Positions 53,901 through 64,000 of a DNA stretch of 64,000 nucleotides are shown here, piece by piece. The notes below the pieces were generated by a model, which made no database searches, was not told where the DNA came from, and worked only from the letters and a program-made list of their open reading frames with translations. The DNA is taken from positions 186,001 through 250,000 of the forward strand of contig NC_087436.1 in the NCBI RefSeq assembly GCF_036321535.1, read 5' to 3'. The translations under genes were made by a program, and so were the position numbers. The stretch is from Camelus dromedarius. Its lineage: Eukaryota. How positions within the stretch are numbered: position 1 is the first letter of the stretch; each line of letters opens with the position of its first letter.

Positions 53901-56900
53901 AGGTACTCAAACATTAAGATAACCTTGCATTAACCATAGGAGTTATCCTTGAGGGCCTGCCTACTAGGTGAGGATATCAGTCCTATTTCCCGACCACTCG
54001 AGTTTTAAAAAGGAACTTACAAATGAATTCGTGCAAGACACTGCCTCCAGTGGGTGGGATCAGAGCTGGAGTCGGAGAATGGGATGGTGCACGCTACTCC
54101 CTACGGCAGATTGTGTGTGTGTGTGTGTACGCATGTTTGTGTGAGAAGGGGGAAGAGTTACACCTGTCTTAAGAAAAAGAGCTAGAAATTCTAGAAGCCG
54201 AAAAATGAAAGAACATCCAGATCTGGTAGAGGGAACAGGGGAAACACTGTACTGTAAGACATATCCCCATAATGCCATTTCCCACCATCCTTTCATCAGG
54301 AACACAGTTGGAAACTGGGGAATTATGTAGATACGTGTGATGTACACAAACTTTCTGACTATGTAACACTAAATATCTACATATGTAGCAAGTTAATGAT
54401 ATTTATATCTGCTTCAAGTTTAATAACAAGTTCACAACAGAGGGAAAATAAAATATTGAGGACTGGTAGAATTATCCTTGAAGGCCTTTCAATGCTCAGA
54501 ATGGAAGCAAAAGCGGCTTCACCCCACAAAGAATGTCATTGTGAGTCAAGAATGTTTATATTTGCTTAAGAAATTGAGAGTTACAACTTCCTGCTTTAAA
54601 GAGTTAACTTTAAGGCAGATACCATACTATAAGCAACATCTATACTGGTGCTTTCTTAAAGCTATTTTTAGTTCCTGCTTGTTCTGATGTACTCCAGAAA
54701 CTCTGCAAAGGAAACCTTCTATTCAAAGGCTTAAAGAATAAAAAAAGAAATAACACTGCATTCTTTTAAGTGTTCTCTGTACTGAAAGTCATTTGCAAAT
54801 GCAGCACCCTGCCACATATCTACATTTTTAACAATAAAGACTTTTGTGCAATTTTTCAATTGCTATGTGACTTTGCGTCAGTCTCTCACTCAGAAGCAGA
54901 ATAGAGTACCAGAAAATGACACATCATGTCTAAAACTACAGATGTGGAATATGAACTTACACCAGGAAACAGCTAAGTGGGAGGGTAAGGTTTACCTTTT
55001 AAGTTACCGTAAGTGCAGTTACATCTTCTCCCTGCTTCCCCTGTGAAGTGAAGAACTAGTCTTTTCCAGGAAAGCTCTCAATCTGAGTACTGTTTTCTTT
55101 AAAATATTTGGAGATACTTTTTTAAGGTTCTTTCACTTTTAAGTCTTTCCCCAACTCTACATCCCATAACAAGTGTTAAAATTATCCAATAGCCTATTGT
55201 TAGAGAACATACTGTACAAAAGCTGAGGTTTCCCAGTGCTTGGATCCCACAACTCTGCTACCAGATAATCCTAAAGCCTTCCTTCCATAACTGACTCTTC
55301 TGCCAATTCCCAGCTGAGGGCAAATTTGGCTTCTCAGCACAGTTAAATTTCTAACTCTGCCTACAAACACTCTACTGCCAGTAAGGGAACTCTAAGGGAG
55401 CCAACAAAGCCCCTAGTGAGTGTTGCCTCCTTCAAACAATCAAGATGCCATCACCAAGCAAATATTTAAACCTACTGCAAAACTTCTGAAGACATCTTAC
55501 AAACAATATAGTTTATATAGATTCATACTATTTGCTCTGGAATAGTGATTTCCAATGGAGGGAACAAAGGACCACATGACCCAAGCAATTATTTAAAATT
55601 TCACATAACTATCCCTATTCACCTGAGGATTCAGGCAAGCCCGTCTTATAGGTCTAGGTGTAACAGAATGGCAGCACCTCTTCAGTAGGGTGAAAAACAG
55701 CGAGGTAGACTTTTAGTGAAAGGGAGTGATGTAATAGGACCCACCGCCCACTTACCTCCCACCACAGGACAATCATCTCAGATCGAGAACAAACACTTTG
55801 GGAAACAGAGGTTGTTTATGTTTTTATGGTATCTGGTGGAAATAATGCCCTGAGTCACGTGAAGTTGTGGCTGCAAAATTGAACAGGAGACCAGACATTT
55901 TCACATTCAGGACACAAATAATCAGCCCCCGAGTGGTCACAATAACTGTTCTCCCCTTTGCCTGTTCATCCCAAAAGCTGCAGGACTCTCCTGCTTGCAG
56001 TGACACCCACCATTTCTCACAAATTCCTGCCAAGTTCACGTCAGCAGCTGGTGGTGTCAAAGTCAACATTTGTACTGCTCTGAAGTCTCTCCATTACTTT
56101 ATATCCTTCTATTTTCTCTGTTGTCTTCCTAGCTACCCTTGCATTCAGAAGCTGGTTAACGCACTAACATTGACTCTGTAATCAGTCCAGGATATAGGAA
56201 GCAGAGATTCAACTGTAACCAGTCCCAGAATACTTGTCATGCCACTCTAGTGTCCCAACAAAATACTCTGGCATCCCTCATCTCACCCAAAGAACCACCG
56301 CATTACTTAGAGGTTGTAAAATTAGAGGGTTTCTCTACTGGGAAACACTGGCTTGTGGTAGAGTCTTGATTTCAGTTTTTGCAACTAGTTACAGGCAAAA
56401 AGACATGGTCCGCAAATTTTCTTCAAGCGTTTGGAATTTAAACTTTTATTAGATACAGAGCCGGCGGACTAACCGTAATCTATGAACATATGGTCATATT
56501 ATAAAATAATGTCCATGTCTGCCTTACAGCCATGTAAGAACTTGAATTACACCTGCATCCTGTAGGCCTTTAGAATTGGATGTGAAGCATCCTGTGTTAA
56601 AAACCTCCTATCCAGTCCCAGAACACCTTAAAGACAACATCTCATTAATACCACTGAATACATTAGTATAGAACTTGTATGGTTAAGTTACATCTCCAAT
56701 TTCCCAGAGCTGGAAAGCAGATGCCTAGAAAGGCTGGAAAAGCCCAACTACCAAAACAGCTCAAAAGTTGAAGCAGACTCCTGCACCTCCCAGGGCGGAA
56801 GGTGGAGGGTGGAGGGGGCATTGCCAACCACACTGTCCTCCCCCAGGACGTGGCATGTGGGGAAGCAGGCAGAAGTGGGTGGCTGGGACTCACAGGTGGA

Positions 56901-58615
56901 GAGGTGATGAAAGCAGGAGTGGAACTGCTCTGGTCCTAGAACAACAGAGCTGTAAAAAGCTCGGCTTCAGTTCAACCCGCTTACTCTCCCACTTCCCCTC
57001 CCACCTACGTGACAAACAGAGCACAGTCAGGCACTTTCTGCCCATGACAGTGACTACTAGCAGGAAAGGGACCAGGATAAAAGCATGTCCTACAAAAGAT
57101 CAGTCTGATTTTAAAGACTGTGTTATAATCAATGAACAGCAGTGTCAGAGTGGGACACTTGTGAGGCGCTCAAATAAGGAGGAAGAGGCTGAGGATCCGT
57201 TTCCAGCACTTCCATGTCTTTTATCACTCCTATTTCTGACCTTTCCTTTGCCACGTTTTGTAGCACTGCCATCACTGGCAGGTAAAGGGGCAGCAATGAG
57301 ACTTGGCCGTTTGGCTGATGGGGCTACATTTCCCAGCACTGGAATGAAAAGGCACTGGAAGAGGAGCAGCTGGAAGATGTGAACCGCGGTCCTGGCCTGT
57401 GCCAAACACTAAACAGGTGACCCTGGGTTAGGCTGTTAGTCTCTCTGGGCTTCCGGCTGTTTACTTATAAAAGAAGGTTTTGTCATTGCACAAATATATC
57501 CAATATGAAATGTAACGTGAAAGTCAAACATAATGACATCTCACCTGCTTGCCTCAGGGAACTGTACAAGCACTGAACACTATGTGAATGTAAACACAGA
57601 GTTAAGAAAACTGTTGAGGTAAAGCGCTAAACTGAACATGGAGATAAAGTTTTTCTCCATGGATTTTCTTGGCTTTCTTTTTTAATTGCAACACTGAATT
57701 AATAGTTATTAGCTATACTCCACACCACCACCCCTGCGAATAACTAAAGTAGTTTAGCACTGCCTGGATGCCTGCTATTGCCCGATGCTAAGCAGGGTGA
57801 GGGTATAAAGGAGGCTGAACAATGGAGTCTTCTCCAGTTACCAGCTCAGTGAGGAGACACATTGGAAACCACCCAGGAATGGTACCAAGTCAGTACTCAA
57901 AGCCAAGATAACAGGCTACCGATCATAAACAGTGCAGGAATACAAAGAGGAGCTAGAAGTATTTGGAGTAAATAGGGAAGATTCTATGAAGGGGATAGGG
58001 ATTCAACTAGTTCTCAGGGCAATTCTAAGCTGTTTTAACTGAGGACTGGAGAGGAAAAGACTGGTGACTCCTGGTTTTTAATAAGGCACAGGTTACCCTC
58101 GGAGGCTAAGTCACATAATGATTGGAACACATAAGGTAAGGCCAAAATGATGAAGGTTCAAGCCTACCTGTCTGAGAACTGGTTGTGGTAAGTCTTTGAC
58201 TTGACTCTAGATGTTGGAAGGTCAAAATGGTAGGTTGACTGAAAAGGGGAGGTGAGAGAATATCCAAGAATTCTACAGAAGGAAAAATTCATGTATCAGG
58301 GATGAAAGCTCTTCATCAGAGTATCAGCAATCAGAATAGACACTTGAAACCAAAAACATACAGTTCCAGAAGCTGACAAAATGTGGAGGGTGGTGAGAGA
58401 AAGATGAATCAAAGTCCATTCCAAGCCTTTGGCTATTCAAGACCAGAAGAATGATGATCCCACTGAATAAGTGGAGACGCTGCAAGAAAAAAGATTATGA
58501 AATCAGCTTTAGACATGTTGAATCTGACATATGAGCTAAGAGTAGGTGTTCTCTAAGAAGCTCAAAATTCAAAACTGAAGCACAGATCTAGAGTACAGGC
58601 TTAAGCTGCAGATGG

Positions 58616-59742
58616 ACAAGACTTGATAAATCTCCTAAAAGAAAACATAGGCAAAACATTATCTGACATAAATCTTAGCAACGTTCTCCTAGGGCAATCT
58701 ACCCAGGCAATGGAAATAAGAGAAAAAAACAAACAAATGGGACGTAATTAAACTTATAATTTCCTTCACAGCAAAGGCAACCATAAGTAAAAGGAAACAT
58801 AAACTTATGAATGGGAGAAAATATTTGCAAATGATACGACTAACAAAGGCTTAATTTTCAGAATATATAAACAGCTCATACAACTTAACAACAACAACAA
58901 CAAAAAAAACTCAATCCAAAAATAGGCAGAAGACCTAAACCAGCATTTCTCCAATGAAGACACAAATGTCCAATAGATACATGAAAAAATGCTCAGTATC
59001 ACTAATAAACTGAGAAGTGCAAATCAAAACTACAATGAGGTATCAGCCCACACCAGTCAGAATGGCCATCACTCAGAATTTCATGAATGATAAATGCTAG
59101 AGAGGCAGAAGAGTGTAGGGTACCCTCTTACACTGCTGGTGGGAATCCAGTTTGGTGTACTCATTATGGAAAGCATGGAAATCCCTCAAAAAACTAAAAG
59201 TAGACTTACCCTATGACCCAGCAATCCCACTTCTGGGTATATAACTGGAAGGAACTCCAATGTGAAAAGATACCTGCACCCCAGTATTCATAGCACCACT
59301 GTATACAATAGCTGAGAAATGGAGGCAAGCTAAATGTAGCAACAGATGACTGGATAAAGAAGTTGTGGTATATTTATATACTGGAATACTACTCTACCAT
59401 GAAAAGGACAAAATAAAACCATTTGCAGCAACATGGATGTATCTAGAGATCGTCATTCTAAGTGAAAGCAACCAGAAACAGAAAAATACCAAATGATACC
59501 ACTCAGATGTGCAATCTAAAAAAAGAGAGAAAAAGACACTGTGAACACATTTACAAAACAGAAACAGACTTGCAGACTTAGTAAACAATCTTAAGGTTAC
59601 CAGGGAAAGGGGATGGGAAGGGATAAATCTGGGAGATTTACAAATGTTAGCCACTATATATAAAAATAGATTTTAAATAAAGTTTCTTCTGTATAGCACA
59701 GAAAACTATGTTCATTATCCAGCAATAACCTATAATGAAAAA
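58616..59742 (+). mobile_element. LINE-1 fragment (ORF2 3' end and 3' UTR), truncated at both ends
   Basis: Collinear with 39540-40390 of the large L1 and continues into the 3' UTR. Stops before the TA-rich terminal segment. Confidence 0.9.
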
Positions 59743-59844
59743 GCCGATACAGCCACCAACTGAGGAAGCAAGAGAAGAAAGGATTTAGTTATGCTGGGCT
59801 AGAGCCCACTTCTAAAATCCTTCTCAGCCACTGAGGCTGCCCCG

Positions 59845-60660
59845 AGTAACCTGAACCCTCCTCCCAGGGACAGGCTGACATGACATATGTCCTGCAAACC
59901 TGAGGCAGCAGAGGCCGTATCCAGGTCTGGCCCTGGGGGAGATGGGAGCAAGTCCACCTGCTCCCCCTCGGGCAGCACCCCTCCCCGCAGACCCTGCCTC
60001 CTGACTGCACCGCTCCTGTATCTCAGGAACCCACTGACTTTAAAACAAGTGGTCCACGAACCTGGGGTAGCGGCAGGGAGATGGGCAGCGACCTGGCAAG
60101 CTGGTCGATTTGCCCCCATATCCCCCACGGCCTGTCCAGGGCTCGGCCTCTGCTGCTCCAGGCACGGACCCCAGGTCAGCCTGCTCCCAGGAGGAGGGCG
60201 CGGTGTGGTCAAAGGCAGTGGCTGGTTATGGGTTCCGCCCATGTGTGCCAGTGGATTTGCTTCAAACTCCCCAGCACATGGCCTGAGCTTGGCCTCTGCT
60301 GCCCCAGGTTCGTGGAACTCAGGTTACAGGTCAGCCTGCTGCTGGAAGGCGGGTGCTGTGCTGTCAGGGAAAGGAGGCGGCTGCGATGGCGGGATTGGGG
60401 CTGCCTTGTGAGAGCGCAGGGGTTGCAACCACTTCCCGCTGCTGCTGCAGCCATTCCAGCACACTGATCGCACCGCGCCCACCTCCCAGGAGCAGCCTGA
60501 CCTGTAACCTGAGTCACAAGATCCTGGGGATTTAGAGGCCGCCTCCAAGGTCAGGCCGCGGGGAAGATGGGAGCAAATCCAGGGGCTCTCATGGGGCAGA
60601 CCCCATTCCATCCGAGGCCCCGCGACCGCACGGCACCCGCCTTCCAGGAGCAGGCCATTG
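59845..60660. repeat. Diverged ~157-bp GC-rich repeat array with direct and inverted copies
   Basis: The motif cctcccaggagcagcctgacctgtaacctgag...agaggcc...gatgggagcaaatcca recurs near 59845, 60466 and 60625 in forward orientation, and as reverse complement near 60170-60365. Confidence 0.75.
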
Positions 60661-61270
60661 TCTGAGGGCCAGTCGGAGATGCTCCAGAGGAGTCCTGTGC
60701 CCTCCCACCTCCCGGGGCTGTGCCTGCTCTCCTAAACCCGGACATAAGCGGCGGCAAAAACGCGGGGTTCAGGAACTACTAATAGCGGGATTACCACGAA
60801 TTACAGCGGCGGCTGGGACCCGCCTCAGGGTCCTAACGGGACGCGCGGCCTGGACTTCACCTCCGCACCCCTCCCTGTACGCCTCCCCAGCCGCACAGCC
60901 CAGGTGTCACCCACCGGCTCCCCGAGCAGCGCGCCCCCACCAGCGCCCCCTTAACTGCCCAGCAGCGGCAGCCGAACCGAGGGCAAGCGGCGGCCCAGAC
61001 CCCAGGCCGTGTTCCTCTTCCAAGAGCTGGTCCAGGAACAACCGGCTCCCGCCAGCTTCCACGCGTTCTGGGCGGGTTCCGGCGTCCGCGCATCTGTGCG
61101 TCTGCGCGTGCGCGCGCCTCCTCCTCCCGCCTGCAGCGCAAACTGCTCAGGTGGGTCTCCTGCTTTACCGGACCAGGCCACTGGGGCCGGGAGGAGCCAG
61201 GTGGGGCCCCTCCTGCTCGTCCCGCCGGGTCTCCATCCCCAGAGCATTCACCCCGCCACCGACTGGGTCC
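60450..61270. promoter_or_regulatory. CpG island / candidate promoter, probably firing on the minus strand
   Basis: Strong local GC and CpG enrichment. NRF1-like tgcgcgtgcgc at 61103-61113, GC box near 61070, ETS-like ttccgg at 61077-61082. Candidate minus-strand donors gtgggt (60909-60914) and gtgaag (60855-60860). Confidence 0.65.
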
Positions 61271-62455
61271 TGGCACTGAAATAGAACCACGACTGCCCTG
61301 AGCCAGGCCACACCCCGCCAGCCCCACTTCCCCTGCTCACCTTCCCCTCCCTGTTACTACCCTCCCACCCCTGGCCAGGCCCAGTCTCCCACCAGAACTT
61401 GAAGACAGGGCTCCTTCTCCTCACACCGAGGTCCCTGCCCTGACACTCCAACCTGCTAGGTCCTAACCTATGGCCCCTACACCCACAAGCTTACCCCTCA
61501 TGCCTCACCACAGGAGGCCCAACATCCTGAAATTGTCACCCTCACCTCTCAGCCAGGTCAGTTCCATTCTAAGTGGGCCCCACACCCCACAACCTGTACC
61601 CCCTCACCATGGGATCCCCTTCACTCTGAGCGCACCCCTAACCTGAGCTCATTCCCTCACCCCTCACCCTGTGGTTGGGGTGGGGAAATCCGGGCTCCAG
61701 GAATGATGACTACTGCCACCAGTGGGGGATCCAGCCTAGTGTGCACCTTCATATTTAATGTCTGAGGCTACAGGGTGAGGCAGGCTGGGCTGAAGGCGGT
61801 TCCAAATCCTGCCCTGGCACCCTGATCCCCGCACTCTGTGTCTCATCTGACCCGATGGGTCAAGGTGATCCCAGGCTGCCAGCCACTGGCCTGTGGGCCT
61901 TGGGTTGTTGATGGTCCTGATGGTGGTCTGGACCCCTAGGGCGGAGGCACGGGGCAGGCGGACCTTTGGGGTGGGGAAGTTCAGAGGGTGCACTTGAGCC
62001 CAGGGGTAGACAGCAGATGGTGGGCTGTGTGCATGGGGCTGTGTGTGTGGCCTGGCCTCAGCCCAGGTGGGTGCAGGGATATTGTTCATTCACACCAGGC
62101 CAGAGGGAAGAGGGACGGGAGATTTTAAAGCGTCAAAGTTAGGAAGCTAAGGCTGGAGAGAAAAGTAGGAAGGTGCACTTGCCTGGCCACCATGGAGCCC
62201 GCCGGCGACGCTGGTCCCTTGCATCAGGGGAGACTGGCAGTTGACTGGCCAATGGGACATCCCCTGCTGTGGTATAGTTTACAGGCAATTGAAGGGATTT
62301 TGACAGGTAATTTTAATCCAATAGTTGTCACTTTCTCTGCGGGAGATCATGTCCAAAGTCATGGTGAATCTGGCAGGGTTCCTGCCTGAACTCCATCCTG
62401 GGACAATAGAGGACCCACCCAGGAATCATACTCTTAGCTCTCACCCAAAGGCACT

Positions 62456-62895
62456 GTAATAAAGAAGAACAAATCTGACTCCATATTGGATGTGTGCCTT
62501 TTCCTTTAACCCTCTGCCGTGTTTTCTAGGCTTACTCTTGCTAGCTCTGCACCTTTTGTAAAACAATGTTGCCTTTAGCCTGAAATAAACAGAAGATCCT
62601 ATTCTCAAAACTCTGACCTTTAAGGATATTAACACTTTTGCACTCCTATAAAGATAACAAGTTGCAGAATAGAAAAAGTTTGTTTTGTTGCAGGTTTTAC
62701 AGGAACACCATGATCTGACCCACGTGGACAGCTGCAAAGGATTCCAAAGAACAAAGTAATCCTACACCAACAAGTTTGCAAGAACCAACCACAGCCTCTC
62801 CCCTATTTACTAGAAAAGGAGCCTAAAGTCTGACTTGGGGAAGATGGTTCTCCAAGATATTAGTCTGCCATTATCTTGGTCTGAAGCTGTCTACG
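62456..62895 (+). mobile_element. ERV-type LTR (partial)
   Basis: Starts tgtaataaagaagaacaaatctgactccatattgg. The LTR-like body is duplicated in inverted form just downstream. Confidence 0.65.
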
Positions 62896-62902
62896 TAGAC
62901 CA

Positions 62903-63167
62903 GGTCATAGTGCCTCTGTAAAACCTCTAATAAAACAAAAGTTATTTCCTATTCTGCAACTTGTCATCTTTATATAAGTGCAAAAGTGTTAATATGCTTA
63001 AAGATCAGAGCCTTGAAAACAGGCTCTCCTGTATATTTCAGGCTAAAGGCAACATTGTTTTACAAAAGGTGCAGAGCTAATAAGATTAAGCCTAGAAAAG
63101 AGGGCACAGGGTTAAAGCCAAAATGACCGATCTTCTATGGAGTCAGATTTTTTTCTTTTTTATTATA
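62903..63167 (-). mobile_element. Second, inverted partial copy of the same LTR
   Basis: Reverse complement of 62456-62720, including the exact block tttcaggctaaaggcaacattgttttacaaaaggtgcagagcta. Confidence 0.75.
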
Positions 63168-63184
63168 CTATATTCTATTTTTGT

Positions 63185-63480
63185 TTTAAGTTTATAAGAA
63201 TAAAGTTTAGCCTTTCCCATTTTAAATTGTGCAATTTTAAGGAGCATTAAGTGCATTCACAATGCTGTGAGACCAATACCACTTGTTTAGACAATTGCCT
63301 TCTCAAACTAAAAGCTTGTATACAAAGCGCACCCCACATCCTACCTCCCCCAGCCCATGAGAAGCAATAATCCCCTTTCTCTCTCTATTTCTTTACCTAT
63401 CCTGGAGGTTCCCTATCAATGAAATCATATAAAATGTGGCTTTTTTTTCTCGCTGCCCATATATCTTAAGTAGGGACGGG
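63185..63480 (-). mobile_element. Old L1 3' end
   Basis: cccattttaaattgtgcaatt...cattcacaatgctgtg...atgaaatcatataaaatgtgg. Confidence 0.55.
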
Positions 63481-64000
63481 TGAATTTTTTGTTTATTTGT
63501 TTTCATGTTAATTAGCATTTTTGTATTTTGAGAGGAAAATCCAGATGGATTAAAGATGAGACGTACCAAATGACGCCCTTTTGGTAACTCTGTGCATAAT
63601 CTCGTGGTAGGCACTGCTGTTCTAAGTGTGAAACCAGAGCCAGAAGGGAGATGCTTAGCTCTTCTTGTGGCAAAATAAAACCAAACTAAAGCAGAAAACA
63701 AAGGCCAAGAAAGACAGCTGGAAAGAAAAAACACAACCTGGAAAAAGCTTTCCTCAAGACCTAAGGTCGGAGTAAAGCTTCACATCGCTGTGGTGCAAAA
63801 ACCTCTTGAAGCCCAGTGTTCTGAAAAGAAACAAAACACACACAGGCAGTTCCAACGAGAGGCAGTGCAGGTGGCCAGTGTGTGCTAGAGATGCTCGACC
63901 TGTAAGTTGAGGACATAGGCAGATGGACAGACTGCAGAGATAGCATTGGCCACCTTCACACTGGCAGGTCTTTAGCCCGGTGACAACCAGCCCTGGTGAC

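Noticed and set aside
54015..54110. Minus-strand gtaagt donor as a possible KLHL2 alternative first exon
   Set aside because: The upstream translation does not match the KLHL2 N-termini I recall. A splice motif alone is insufficient.
56768..57382. Longest ORF in the track (204 aa)
   Set aside because: Non-ATG start, no recognisable domain or exon structure. Likely chance.
59845..60660. Repeat array as a CRISPR-like locus
   Set aside because: Eukaryotic context, long diverged units without unique spacers, and no cas genes.
59789..61451. Cluster of overlapping 100-170 aa ORFs
   Set aside because: Explained by high GC content and the repeat array. No recognisable protein.

Overview
Mammalian genomic DNA, almost certainly camelid (six copies of a tRNA-Ala-like Vic-1-type SINE). 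It is repeat-rich and I found no intact protein-coding gene. The main feature is a heavily decayed, intron-containing ANO6/TMEM16F pseudogene on the minus strand (about 5,982-49,427). Eleven exons are recognisable, equivalent to human exons 4-8 and 11-16 (numbering and human sequence recalled from memory). They carry 8 frameshifts, 6 in-frame stops and 2 broken splice donors. I could not find exons 9-10; a 3'-truncated L1 abuts exon 8 where they should follow. About 2 kb upstream on the same strand is an isolated copy of KLHL2 exon 2, and further upstream a CpG island flanked by a diverged ~157-bp repeat array with an internal inversion and by an inverted pair of LTRs. The best reading is a mosaic segmental duplication (promoter + KLHL2 piece + ANO6 piece) that could give a chimeric non-coding transcript. 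I see no support for a novel functional coding system, and no CRISPR or prokaryotic features. Repeat family names are by-eye assignments and repeat boundaries are approximate.
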